Positions 18,711-28,533 of a stretch of DNA of 64,000 bases are shown here, one piece after another. Position 1 is the first letter of the stretch. Each line of letters begins with the position of its first letter. Where the stretch lies: the IMG/VR virus record IMGVR_UViG_3300032291_001290, positions 1-64,000 of that record; one strand, 5' to 3'. The translations under genes and the position numbers were made by a program. The DNA is from a virus. The notes under the pieces are model-generated. The model had not been told where the DNA came from. It worked only from the letters and a program-made list of their open reading frames with translations, and searched no databases.

Positions 18711-20870
18711 ATGATTCTAAATTCTGCTCCACAAAATCAAGCCGTACTTTCCAACGTCGGGGAAGTTGGTGAGTTTCGTATTCGCAATAGTGCTAAGGCA
18801 TTTAACATCCTAAGTTCAGGTTTGTATGCTAACAAAATTCGTGCTATCATCCGTGAGTTGAGTTGCAATGCAGTTGATAGCCACACTGCCGCAGGTAAGT
18901 TAGATACACCTTTTGATGTACACTTGCCAAACACTCTGGAACCTTGGTTTTCAATTCGTGACTATGGAACAGGACTCTCACATGAACAAGTTAAAAACAT
19001 TTACACTACTTACTTTGAAAGTACTAAAACAAACTCCAATGAATTTATTGGTGCTCTTGGTTTGGGCAGTAAGTCTCCCTTTAGTTACACTGATAACTTT
19101 ACGGTTACCGCGGTTCAAGGTAACAAGAAAGGTGTCTACACAGCCTTCATCAACGAACAAGGTGTTCCATCAATCGCAATGATGATGGAAGAAGAAACCA
19201 CAGACCCTAATGGTGTCGAGGTTAAATTCAGTGTGAACGAGCGTTATGACTTTGACAAGTTTCGTCAAGAGGCTCGGTATGTCTATGAATATTTTAAACT
19301 GCGCCCCGTGATTAGCGGCAGTGCAGATTTTAAATTTAAAGATCCTGAGTACAAAGAAAAAGATATTATTCCTGGTGTCCATCACCTTGAAGATGGTAGA
19401 TATAATAGTTATGCTATCATGGGCAATATCAAATATCCAATTGAAGTGCCCAATGCCGATACTGCTCTAGGAAAACTTTCTAGTCTACTGGGTTGCGGGC
19501 TTGTTATGGAATTTGATATTGGTGAACTTGATTTTCAAGCAAGCCGTGAAGGTCTAAGTTATATTCCTGAAACTATTGCTAGTATCAAGCGTAAACTTGA
19601 GGCATTGAATTTACGGCTTTCTATTCATATTGCTAACGAAGCCAACAAGATTGAAAACTTGTGGGAACGTGCTATCTACCTTGACGTTCGCCACAATGAT
19701 ATTCTTTGGACTAATGCGGTTATCAAGTATGTTACTGACACCAAGTTCGAATTGTTTAATAATGTTATTCAACGGTATAATAATTTAAAACGATTTGATC
19801 TGAATGTAAAAGACCTTGAAAGTAAGTACAATATCACTATTCGTGGATTTTCTAAATCACGCGGAGTTGGTACATGTTCTTCTATTAAGTTTCATACTGA
19901 TTATGACACTGTTAATGGTCAACAGGTCTTGAAACAAGAGTGGCATATTAATGTTAGCAATGGCGTACATTTTGTTATCAACGACACAAAAGTTGGTGCA
20001 TTAGAGCGTAGTAAGCATCATTGGAAGCATTCCAAGATGGAATCACATACCAATCATGTGTATGTGATTGAAGCATTTGACAAAAACAAGCCACTTAATA
20101 CTGAGGCATTTTTCAAGGAAATTTATAATCCACCTGCTAGTCAAATTCACAATGTAAGTGTATTACTAGAAAAAGACCGTGCTGGTGGTATGGGTAAGAA
20201 CGTCACTATCATGCATTTGGTTGAAGGAGCACGCCGAGGTCGTTGGAGCAATTCTACCCCAATGGTCTGGCATGATGCTGGTAAGGCTGATAGTTTTGAT
20301 AGTAATGAAACTTATTACTATCTGCCACTGAGTGGATTTCAATGTCTTGGAAGTATTAGTGATGTTAAAGAACTTTTCTCACATCTTAACCGATCCGGTA
20401 TGTTTACTGGTACCATTTATGGTGTTCGTAAATCTGATTTGGAATGGGTCAAGCTACAAAAGAACTGGGTCAACCTTGACGAACATATCAGGGATAAACT
20501 CAGTAAAATGGGTCAGGCTGATGTGATGGGTTTGGTCAAGAAGGCTATTGACTTTCAGGAACTATATCAGTATAATGCTACTCAACATGTGACAAATAAA
20601 AATAGTCCCTATGTTGTTTTGTTCAATACATTTAAGGATGTAAAGGTTGAAGAAACTAGTCGCAAGACACATCTTGAATGGCTGTGCAGAAATTATTATG
20701 TGCAAACTCAATCAAATGTTGACCCGTCACAATTGATTGATAAGTACACAAAAGAAGTTCAGGGTATGTATAAGCGTTATCCATTGTTGAAGCATATCAG
20801 CCGATACAACGTCCAGGCAAACGACATTGCTGAGTATATTAATTTAATTGATTCTTCCAAAGGAGTTTAA
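18711..20870 (+). CDS. rIIA: RIIA lysis-inhibition/membrane protein (GHKL ATPase N-terminus)
   Basis: LY...IRELSCNAVDSH, IRDYGTGL, GALGLGSKSPFSY motifs; followed by rIIB. Confidence 0.88.
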   Translation: MILNSAPQNQAVLSNVGEVGEFRIRNSAKAFNILSSGLYANKIRAIIRELSCNAVDSHTAAGKLDTPFDVHLPNTLEPWFSIRDYGTGLSHEQVKNIYTTYFESTKTNSNEFIGALGLGSKSPFSYTDNFTVTAVQGNKKGVYTAFINEQGVPSIAMMMEEETTDPNGVEVKFSVNERYDFDKFRQEARYVYEYFKLRPVISGSADFKFKDPEYKEKDIIPGVHHLEDGRYNSYAIMGNIKYPIEVPNADTALGKLSSLLGCGLVMEFDIGELDFQASREGLSYIPETIASIKRKLEALNLRLSIHIANEANKIENLWERAIYLDVRHNDILWTNAVIKYVTDTKFELFNNVIQRYNNLKRFDLNVKDLESKYNITIRGFSKSRGVGTCSSIKFHTDYDTVNGQQVLKQEWHINVSNGVHFVINDTKVGALERSKHHWKHSKMESHTNHVYVIEAFDKNKPLNTEAFFKEIYNPPASQIHNVSVLLEKDRAGGMGKNVTIMHLVEGARRGRWSNSTPMVWHDAGKADSFDSNETYYYLPLSGFQCLGSISDVKELFSHLNRSGMFTGTIYGVRKSDLEWVKLQKNWVNLDEHIRDKLSKMGQADVMGLVKKAIDFQELYQYNATQHVTNKNSPYVVLFNTFKDVKVEETSRKTHLEWLCRNYYVQTQSNVDPSQLIDKYTKEVQGMYKRYPLLKHISRYNVQANDIAEYINLIDSSKGV

Positions 20871-20871
20871 A

Positions 20872-21678
20872 ATGAGTTTTCCGTATTTGATTCAAGGCAA
20901 TAACATTGTCGTAGTGATTGGTAATCAACCACATACTATTAGTAAAACCCATATCACATACAACAAAGTGTTGGATGCGATTAAAGCAGACGATTGGGAA
21001 ACTGTAAAAGATGTTATCGAACCTAAGAAGGTCGTGTTGAACTATGGTCAGGGAAATGTCTCTGTGCAAGGCGAAACTCTTTACTGGAAGGGTAAAGAGT
21101 TGAACACTGGTTTGGCAACTCGTATGATTGCAATGTTGCAAGAAGGCTTTCCTATCGAACCAATGGTTAACTTTATGGAGAACTTGTACAAGAACCCTTC
21201 TAAGCAAGCGGTTACTGAATTGTATGGCTTCTTGGAAAAGAACAACTTGCCAATCACTCCTGATGGTCATTTCTTGGCTTACAAGAAAGTTCGTGCAAAC
21301 TACTTGGATGTACATTCAGGTACTATGGACAACAGCCCGGGTCGTATCGTTGAAATGGAACGCCATGATGTTGATGACAACCGTAACAACACCTGCTCAA
21401 CAGGCTTGCACTTCTGTGCTGAAAGTTATTTGAAGTCATTCGGTGGTGAGCGTACTGTGATTGTAAAAATCAATCCGGCAGACGTAGTGTCCATTCCAAG
21501 CGACTACAACGATGCTAAAGGTCGTGCATGTCGCTATGAGGTGATTGGCGAAGTTGGTGTGAATCCAAACGATGCAGTAGAGTTTACTCAACCAGTTCAG
21601 GAAAATGCTAACAATAACACTTACAATAGTCCAGAAAACACTGTTTGGCCGTTCGCGGTGCGGACAGATAGTTACTAA
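20872..21678 (+). CDS. rIIB: RIIB protein
   Basis: ITPDGHFLAYKKV, CSTGLH, VKINPADVVSIPSDY..KGR.C.Y motifs. Confidence 0.9.
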   Translation: MSFPYLIQGNNIVVVIGNQPHTISKTHITYNKVLDAIKADDWETVKDVIEPKKVVLNYGQGNVSVQGETLYWKGKELNTGLATRMIAMLQEGFPIEPMVNFMENLYKNPSKQAVTELYGFLEKNNLPITPDGHFLAYKKVRANYLDVHSGTMDNSPGRIVEMERHDVDDNRNNTCSTGLHFCAESYLKSFGGERTVIVKINPADVVSIPSDYNDAKGRACRYEVIGEVGVNPNDAVEFTQPVQENANNNTYNSPENTVWPFAVRTDSY

Positions 21679-21704
21679 CAGTGTCAATAGCTACACTTAC
21701 TTTT

Positions 21705-21733
21705 AACTACCTACTCTTAGGGTGGGTAGTTTT
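21705..21733 (+). terminator. probable terminator after rIIB
   Basis: AACTACCTAC-TCTTAGG-GTGGGTAGTT followed by TT. Confidence 0.5.
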
Positions 21734-21809
21734 AATGACACTAAGATTTTTAGGTGAGTCAGTAAAAAATATGACAACTGCTTCATGGAAAGAATGGGTA
21801 CTTCACTTG

Positions 21810-21839
21810 TTGACAACATTCTCTCTAATGATGTATACT
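21810..21839 (+). promoter_or_regulatory. sigma70-type promoter
   Basis: TTGACA-18-TATACT upstream of the AAA gene. Confidence 0.6.
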
Positions 21840-21889
21840 GTAGTCCTAGCATTATTAATTTTTATATCTCTTTAACTTTTGAGAAAAAC

Positions 21890-22942
21890 ATGTCATACTT
21901 TTTGAAAACAGGCAATACATTCCGCGTCACTAAGAAAGAGGCGATGGATATTACTGAAAAGTTGCCGGCAGGCAATTACATCATCCAAAAAAATGAAATG
22001 ACCGGCGAATTGTATTTGGCACAAATCGATGGGTTTCAATCAATCGGTAAAGTCTATGGTGATTCACTAAAGAATACTGACAGAATTGTTAACACATTCT
22101 TGGATCGTCCTGCAACCACTGGTGTGATGTTGACTGGTGAAAAAGGTTCTGGTAAGACATTGCTTACTAAGAACGTTTGTATCAAGTTGGCTACAATGGA
22201 TATCCCAACTATCGTTATCAACGCTCCTTGGTGCGGTGACAAGTTCAATAACTTCATTCAATCAATTGAGCAGCCATGCGCTATCTTGTTTGACGAGTTT
22301 GAAAAGACTTATGACCGTGATGACCAAGAGAAAGTTTTGACTTTGCTTGACGGTGTGTTCCCAACTAAGAAATTGTTCTTGTTGACATGTAACGATAAGT
22401 GGCGTGTTGATTCACACATGCGTAATCGTCCTGGTCGTATCTTCTACATGATGGATTTCAAGGGCTTGGATGCAGACTTCATTCGTGAATACTGTAATGA
22501 CAAGTTGAACAACAAACACCATATTAACTCTATCGTTAACGTAGGGTCACTGTTCGCAGAATTCAACTTTGACATGCTGAAAGCATTGGTTGAAGAAATG
22601 AATCGTTATAATGAAACTCCTCAAGAGGCATTGCAAATGTTGAATGCTAAGCCAGAATTCGATTCTGGTACTGAGTACGAAATCGACATCATGCACCATG
22701 GTAAGAAGATTGAGTATCACGGTAAGTTTGAGGGTAACCCCTTGCAACCAAAAGGTGTTGCAGTAGACTTTGATCCTGATCCAGAGAATGATGAAGGTGA
22801 CTATGAATACAAGGTGTTCAATCCTAACGCATTGGTTAAAGTCGATGCAAACAAAGGTGAATTCATCTTTGAAGATAACGGTACTACTTTGACCTTGACT
22901 AGAATCAAGAAACAACAATACCGCTACTACGATGCTTTCTGA
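21890..22942 (+). CDS. AAA+ ATPase
   Basis: GEKGSGKT, ILFDEFEK, LLDG, NRPGR motifs. Confidence 0.88.
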   Translation: MSYFLKTGNTFRVTKKEAMDITEKLPAGNYIIQKNEMTGELYLAQIDGFQSIGKVYGDSLKNTDRIVNTFLDRPATTGVMLTGEKGSGKTLLTKNVCIKLATMDIPTIVINAPWCGDKFNNFIQSIEQPCAILFDEFEKTYDRDDQEKVLTLLDGVFPTKKLFLLTCNDKWRVDSHMRNRPGRIFYMMDFKGLDADFIREYCNDKLNNKHHINSIVNVGSLFAEFNFDMLKALVEEMNRYNETPQEALQMLNAKPEFDSGTEYEIDIMHHGKKIEYHGKFEGNPLQPKGVAVDFDPDPENDEGDYEYKVFNPNALVKVDANKGEFIFEDNGTTLTLTRIKKQQYRYYDAF

Positions 22943-22961
22943 AAACGAAAGTATTCATTTT

Positions 22962-22987
22962 AAAGAGTGCTTCGGCACTCTTTTTTT
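22962..22987 (+). terminator. intrinsic terminator with cUUCGg tetraloop
   Basis: AAAGAGTGC-TTCG-GCACTCTTTTTTT. Confidence 0.9.
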
Positions 22988-22989
22988 GG

Positions 22990-23018
22990 TTGACAATAAA
23001 TGATTTTGGTTATATAAT
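22990..23018 (+). promoter_or_regulatory. sigma70-type early promoter
   Basis: TTGACA-17-TATAAT. Confidence 0.85.
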
Positions 23019-23049
23019 AGATACTTAGACAGCAACGAAGAGGACTAAA

Positions 23050-23322
23050 ATGCGTACTAAGACTGTGATTGATGGTTTCAAAAACTCACAAAAATTCCGT
23101 ATTATTTTCAAGGGCGACGGAAGTGAAAACGATATCGGTATGTATATGACGATCCAGCAAATGACCGAACAATTTGCTACAGTCAATGCCCGCTCACTTT
23201 GTTGGGATGCTATGATTAAATTGTCTTATTTGCGTTATGAAGCCAAACGCAAAAATGAGCCGATTCCAACAGGTCTCGGTGACACTTTCCGTGGCAAACA
23301 AGTGCAAGTGGATTTGGTATAA
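23050..23322 (+). CDS. early hypothetical protein
   Basis: GAGGA SD after an early promoter. Confidence 0.7.
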   Translation: MRTKTVIDGFKNSQKFRIIFKGDGSENDIGMYMTIQQMTEQFATVNARSLCWDAMIKLSYLRYEAKRKNEPIPTGLGDTFRGKQVQVDLV

Positions 23323-23325
23323 AAC

Positions 23326-23382
23326 GGTTGACAACAAATCGTTTTGGGCTTATACTATAGTCTGTTCAGTTGATTGAAGGAG
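23326..23382 (+). repeat. early promoter + RBS cassette, copy 2
   Basis: 54/57 nt identical to 18314..18370. Confidence 0.9.
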
Positions 23383-23388
23383 TTGAAG

Positions 23389-23607
23389 ATGGGTTACAAA
23401 GTTGTTGCTGACAGTTATCAAATGGATCAGATGCGTACCAAATATGGTCCTCGCAAAGGTCTTGAAGGCCCGTTCAATTTCTCCGGCCGTGTGTTGTATT
23501 ATGACAACAAAGAAGGTCAGTATTATGACCCCACTACCGACTTCTATGTTGAGCAAGCGGAGATGGACCTCATTCATGCCCAATTAGTTGATCGCCTAAC
23601 GGCTTGA
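23389..23607 (+). CDS. early hypothetical protein (YYDPTTDFY motif)
   Basis: AAGGAG SD; 72 aa. Confidence 0.7.
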   Translation: MGYKVVADSYQMDQMRTKYGPRKGLEGPFNFSGRVLYYDNKEGQYYDPTTDFYVEQAEMDLIHAQLVDRLTA

Positions 23608-23632
23608 CATTGAATCAAATTGGGCATATAAT
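23604..23632 (+). promoter_or_regulatory. sigma70-type early promoter
   Basis: TTGACA-17-TATAAT; the downstream TTGATTAAAGGAGCTT matches cassette 1. Confidence 0.85.
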
Positions 23633-23663
23633 ACTTGTATTGATTGATTAAAGGAGCTTTTCA

Positions 23664-24677
23664 ATGTCTGTAATTCGTGTGTTGTCTGGTTCTTATCGTA
23701 ACGAGCCTGTCAAAGGTGAAATCTTCACACTTGTCAAGGGTTATCAACTTGGTTCTAAAGGTGGTTTTGTGACAGTAAAAAATGAAGGGCAGTTTCCCGG
23801 TCGTCCTGATCAGGTCCGTGTTCAAATCGATAATCAAGAATGTATTCAATTTATGTCAGGCAAGCCTACTGATGAACCTAAGGTCGAAACTGCACAGGAA
23901 TCCGAGAAGGAAGCGATGGATCGTATTGGTAGTCGTTTTCAAGTGCTAGATGAAATGTCTAAGGCATGTATCAGTGGTGACATTCGTGCTATGATTGTGA
24001 GTGGCCCTCCTGGTGTTGGTAAGTCACACGGCGTTAACTTGCAGATGGAAAAGGCAAGTTTGTTTGACAAAATTGCAGGCAAGCGCCCTCGCTTTGAAGT
24101 TGTTAAAGGTGCTATGAGTGGCATCGGTTTGTTTGCTATCTTGTACAAATATTCTGATTCTAAGAACGTGTTGGTGTTTGATGATTGCGATATTTGGGAA
24201 GACCCTGATGCATTGAATGTGTTGAAAGGTGCTTTGGATTCAGGCAAGACTCGCCGAATCAGTTGGAACAAAGACAGTCGCATTTTGCGTGAAGAAGGTA
24301 TTCCCAATACTTTCAACTTCAATGGCTCGGTGATCTTTATCACTAACTTGAATTTTGCTGACCGTCGTAGCAACAAAATCAAGGCTCACTTGGATGCGTT
24401 GCAAAGTCGTTGTCACTATTTGGACCTCACTATTAACAGCGAACGTGACAAAATGTTGCGTATCAAGCAGGTGCATCGTGATGCTGACGGTGGTTTGTTC
24501 AGTGACTATGATTTCACTGAGGAACAATCTGCCGAAGTTATGAATTTCATGTGGGACAATCATTCTAAATTGCGTGAAGTGTCCTTGCGTATGGCTTTGA
24601 AGATTGCAGACTTGGTTAAGATTAGCCCGAGCAATTGGCAGAATCTTGCTAAAGCAACTTGCATGAAAGAACAATGA
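23664..24677 (+). CDS. P-loop NTPase (AAA-like)
   Basis: GPPGVGKS, VLVFDD, FITN, SRC motifs. Confidence 0.85.
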   Translation: MSVIRVLSGSYRNEPVKGEIFTLVKGYQLGSKGGFVTVKNEGQFPGRPDQVRVQIDNQECIQFMSGKPTDEPKVETAQESEKEAMDRIGSRFQVLDEMSKACISGDIRAMIVSGPPGVGKSHGVNLQMEKASLFDKIAGKRPRFEVVKGAMSGIGLFAILYKYSDSKNVLVFDDCDIWEDPDALNVLKGALDSGKTRRISWNKDSRILREEGIPNTFNFNGSVIFITNLNFADRRSNKIKAHLDALQSRCHYLDLTINSERDKMLRIKQVHRDADGGLFSDYDFTEEQSAEVMNFMWDNHSKLREVSLRMALKIADLVKISPSNWQNLAKATCMKEQ

Positions 24678-24739
24678 TTGCCGTGTGAAGGCGAGGGGCA
24701 ATGTCAATAAGTCCCCACCCTATTTTTAAAGGAGTTTTT

Positions 24740-24853
24740 ATGTATCAGATATGGGATGGTGATCTTTATTTGTATAGTGTCGAAACCAAATACGAGGCTG
24801 ATGAAGCAAAAGAATCAGGTTTCAAAGTGATAAAGTCTAGCATAGTTATTTGA
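24740..24853 (+). CDS. 37-aa small protein (MYQIWDGDLYLYSV...), absent from the ORF track
   Basis: AAGGAG SD close upstream; followed by a terminator. Confidence 0.6.
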   Translation: MYQIWDGDLYLYSVETKYEADEAKESGFKVIKSSIVI

Positions 24854-24871
24854 CGTTGATAGCGTTTTTTC

Positions 24872-24897
24872 AGGGGAGACTAAGGTCTCCCTTTTTT
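24872..24897 (+). terminator. intrinsic terminator
   Basis: GGGAGAC-TAAG-GTCTCCC-TTTTTT. Confidence 0.85.
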
Positions 24898-24942
24898 ACC
24901 TGTTTGTTTGCATTCTTTATTAAGACTATATATAATGTAAAG

Positions 24943-25950
24943 ATGGTAGAACTAAAAACAGCAGAACACTTAATTTACTTTATGCAAGGTGATAATATTA
25001 GCCTTAGTCGTTATGACGAAAGGTTCATTAACAGCCTAGCCTCAATCTCACAGGTCACTACCAATCAAATAGGATTGTTCAATAGATTATTACACAAATA
25101 CAATAGGCAATTTGCAAAGCATGAATTATTTCCTGAACAACTTGTAAAGTTACCTTGGACAATGAAGGTGGTTGAGAGTTCACCTCAATATACTGACGGA
25201 CATATTTCTATAGAGAACAACACAATTATTTTCAAGTGTCCATACAATAGGAATTTTATTACTGAATTTAGGAATCAACCACTAAACAAGTTTGCATGGA
25301 ATAAAGAAACTAGATGGTATGAAATCAAGTATGGAATTTATTCTTTGAAATTTCTTATTGATACTGCTAACAAATTTTTTGAAACAATTCACTACTGCGA
25401 AAAAACATTAGCAATTATTGATGAATTACTTCCATACGAAACAGCAAAGTATTGGGAACCAACATTAGTAAAAGTAAATGGTAACTTGATGATTGCCGCA
25501 TCAAACGCCTATTTGGATGAGGCTATCAAAGATATAAAGTTAGACACAGATCCTATCACATTGTCTATGTTAGTATTTTACGGAATCAATATTGATTCTA
25601 GCCTATACGATACAAATGATGCAACAGAATCATTCTTTGCTAATAGGTATAATGAAATTGAAGTTTCAAATATACTAAATATAATACCCTGGCTGCAAGA
25701 AATAAATTGTGATCATGTTTATTTTTCTGGATCTTCATTAATTGCCGCAAATATTTCCTTGTTGAGAAAAAAATTAAAAGAAGCAAACATAACATTTACT
25801 GATAGTAATACTACTGTTTTCCCCAATGAAAATTCTTTTACGTTTCCTATTTTAATTAAACTTAAAAGAAAATTTGTATCACCGAATGACTCATTCAGAG
25901 TTGGAAAAATAATTCAACTTGTAAATTCACAACCAATAGAGATTAAATGA
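24943..25950 (+). CDS. hypothetical protein upstream of uvsW
   Basis: TTGCAT-17-TATAAT ends 6 nt before ATG 24943. Confidence 0.7.
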   Translation: MVELKTAEHLIYFMQGDNISLSRYDERFINSLASISQVTTNQIGLFNRLLHKYNRQFAKHELFPEQLVKLPWTMKVVESSPQYTDGHISIENNTIIFKCPYNRNFITEFRNQPLNKFAWNKETRWYEIKYGIYSLKFLIDTANKFFETIHYCEKTLAIIDELLPYETAKYWEPTLVKVNGNLMIAASNAYLDEAIKDIKLDTDPITLSMLVFYGINIDSSLYDTNDATESFFANRYNEIEVSNILNIIPWLQEINCDHVYFSGSSLIAANISLLRKKLKEANITFTDSNTTVFPNENSFTFPILIKLKRKFVSPNDSFRVGKIIQLVNSQPIEIK

Positions 25951-27425
25951 AACAATGTAAAATAATAGTTAAAGATGAAGTCAACGTAAAACTTGAGGGT
26001 CTTGAATTAGGTGAACGTAGGGCACTAATGAAGATGTTTGAGTATGAGATTCCAGGTGCTAGATATCTACCGAGTGTTAAACTTGGTAGATGGAATGGTA
26101 AGGTAAGTTATTTTAGTTTGGCTGGTAGCACATACATCAACTTACTAGCAGAGATATTGCCTGTACTTGACAGGGCAGGGTACGACATTGAATTAGAAGA
26201 TACTAGAGATTATATAACCAACTTTGAATTCGCTGAAGTGTCCGAGGATACGTTCAAGCATAAGAATTGGCCTAAAGGACATCCTATTGAAGGTCAACCA
26301 GTTGTGTTGCGTGACTATCAAATAAGTATTGTTAACAACTTCTTAAAGAACCCACAATCACTACAAGAGATTGCTACAGGTGCGGGTAAAACATTGATGA
26401 CAGCTACGCTCAGTCATAGTATAGAACAATATGGTCGTAGTATTGTTATTGTACCAAACAAAAGTTTAGTAACACAAACAGAAGCAGATTATATTAATCT
26501 AGGATTAGATGTTGGTGTTTACTTTGGTGATAGAAAAGAATACAACAAGACACACACTATATGTACTTGGCAAAGCCTGAACAACATGCTTAAGAAAACA
26601 AAAAGCGGTGAAGCAGAAGTAGAAATCGGAGACTTCATTGAAGGTGTTGTTTGTGTTATGGTTGATGAAGTGCATATGGCAAAGGCTGATGCACTTAAAA
26701 CATTATTAACAGGTGTGTTTGCTAAAGTACCTATTCGCTGGGGTTTAACTGGAACTATTCCTAAAGCAAAGTTTGAAGCACAGTCTTTATTTGTTAGTTT
26801 AGGGCCTGTCATCAGTAAATTATCAGCAAGCGAATTACAGGATCAAGGGGTTTTAGCACAGTGCCATGTAAACATTGTGCAACTAAAAGACGATGTAGAG
26901 TTCAGCAATTACCAAAGTGAGTTGAAGTTCCTCACTAGTGATGATAAGCGAATGCAGAAGATTGCTCAATTAGCAAATACTGTTAAAGATACAGGCAACA
27001 CTCTGATTTTAGTTGATAGAATCGAAGCTGGGCAATTACTTCATTTGAAACTTGAAGAATTGGGTGTACCGGAAGAGAATGTAGTATTCGTTTCAGGTAA
27101 CACTAAAGGCACAACAAGGATAGAACACTATGATGATATTGCTACAGCAACTAATAAAATCATTATTGCAACATACGGAGTAGCCGCAGTTGGTATCAAC
27201 ATTCCTCGCATCTTTAATGTAATGCTATTAGAACCCGGTAAGTCATTCGTTAGAGTTATCCAATCGATTGGTCGTGGCATCCGCAAAGCAGAAGATAAAG
27301 ATTTTGTGCAGATTTGGGATATCACAAGCTCCTGTAAATTTGCCAAAAGACATTTAACACAAAGAAAAACTTATTATAAAGAGGCTAACTATCCATTTGA
27401 TATTGAAAAACTTTCATACAAGTGA
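25947..27425 (+). CDS. uvsW: SF2 DNA helicase UvsW-like
   Basis: LRDYQ, ATGAGKT, DEVH, GLTGT, QSIGRG.R motifs. Confidence 0.9.
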   Translation: MKQCKIIVKDEVNVKLEGLELGERRALMKMFEYEIPGARYLPSVKLGRWNGKVSYFSLAGSTYINLLAEILPVLDRAGYDIELEDTRDYITNFEFAEVSEDTFKHKNWPKGHPIEGQPVVLRDYQISIVNNFLKNPQSLQEIATGAGKTLMTATLSHSIEQYGRSIVIVPNKSLVTQTEADYINLGLDVGVYFGDRKEYNKTHTICTWQSLNNMLKKTKSGEAEVEIGDFIEGVVCVMVDEVHMAKADALKTLLTGVFAKVPIRWGLTGTIPKAKFEAQSLFVSLGPVISKLSASELQDQGVLAQCHVNIVQLKDDVEFSNYQSELKFLTSDDKRMQKIAQLANTVKDTGNTLILVDRIEAGQLLHLKLEELGVPEENVVFVSGNTKGTTRIEHYDDIATATNKIIIATYGVAAVGINIPRIFNVMLLEPGKSFVRVIQSIGRGIRKAEDKDFVQIWDITSSCKFAKRHLTQRKTYYKEANYPFDIEKLSYK

Positions 27426-27437
27426 TAGAATAATACT

Positions 27438-27938
27438 ATGCGTATATTAACATTGGACAATTCATTTTATAATCTAGAAACACTCCCGGAAGAGATTGAT
27501 GACTTGAGGTTTGCAATACTAGATAATAGCAATACTAGTAATGTAGACTATCATTATATTCCATTAATATTCTTAGAGAGTTTCAGTGCTCCGGCACTAG
27601 TACTAAAGATAGGTAATAGTACAATAAAGATGCCAGTTGATTGGCAAATATTAATTGGAGAAAAAGAACACGGAGACTTAGAAACATTACCACTAACAAG
27701 TATTAATGATAGGGGATTCAATGCTTTTGAATTCAATCCACTAACAAGTTTCAGTCCTAGCTTTTTACCAATTGAGATTGTAGATATTTACCATGATGTA
27801 ACTTGGTATGCACCTAGATTAAAAAACGGGCAATTCTTGTGTGTTCCTATTGATGATGGTGATAAACCTAGATGTGTTTATTTTGTAAAAGAAATTAGTC
27901 GTAATTGCGAAATAGTAGATTATTCACAGGCATTTTAA
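27438..27938 (+). CDS. conserved-type hypothetical protein, possibly a degenerate Hint fold
   Basis: 166 aa, beta-rich; own promoter. Confidence 0.65.
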   Translation: MRILTLDNSFYNLETLPEEIDDLRFAILDNSNTSNVDYHYIPLIFLESFSAPALVLKIGNSTIKMPVDWQILIGEKEHGDLETLPLTSINDRGFNAFEFNPLTSFSPSFLPIEIVDIYHDVTWYAPRLKNGQFLCVPIDDGDKPRCVYFVKEISRNCEIVDYSQAF

Positions 27939-27939
27939 A

Positions 27940-28533
27940 ATGGCAACTAGAAAACCCGCAGTACCTGTTGACGAGAAATTTGAAAAACAAGACTTTGATT
28001 TGTTTGATGCATTAGCGGCTATAGATAAAAAAGATTATGATTATTATGATAGGCTAACAGAAGAACAGCAACGAAAATTTGTAGCCTACATGATGATTCA
28101 TTGGACTAGTGCTATCAAAGGATCGTCTGAACTACAGCAGTACTATTTGCAAAGTATTGATTATCATGCTAACAAGTATTATTTCAATGAGAATGTACAG
28201 AAACATCCTAAACTACAATGGTTGATGTTGTGTGCAAGTAGTCCAGGAGTAGGAAAACAATTTCATCAATGGATACCCGGTATCAATCAAAAGGTAGGTA
28301 AATTAGAAGCACCTGCTAAATTAAAAGAAATTAAAGAATACTATAAAAAGATATATCCAAAAGCAATCGAATCTGATATCACCGAAGTATCTGAAATATT
28401 TGTAACGTCACATAAAAGAAAATGTCAATTAGCAAAACTATTTCCTAATCTAAAACAAACTGATATCGAAACATTAAATGAAGTTATAACTGATAAACAA
28501 ATTGCAGAATATGAAAGAGAACTTGGCAACTGA
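27940..28533 (+). CDS. clamp-loader small subunit-like protein (T4 gp62-like)
   Basis: LF..L.AI..K, YM..W.S, N...HP.LQ, K.FH.W pattern. Confidence 0.55.
   Translation: MATRKPAVPVDEKFEKQDFDLFDALAAIDKKDYDYYDRLTEEQQRKFVAYMMIHWTSAIKGSSELQQYYLQSIDYHANKYYFNENVQKHPKLQWLMLCASSPGVGKQFHQWIPGINQKVGKLEAPAKLKEIKEYYKKIYPKAIESDITEVSEIFVTSHKRKCQLAKLFPNLKQTDIETLNEVITDKQIAEYERELGN

Noticed and set aside
21681-21875. 64-aa hydrophobic GTG-start ORF
   Set aside because: It has no clear SD and spans a terminator-like hairpin and a TTGACA/TATACT promoter. It is probably incidental, though not excluded.
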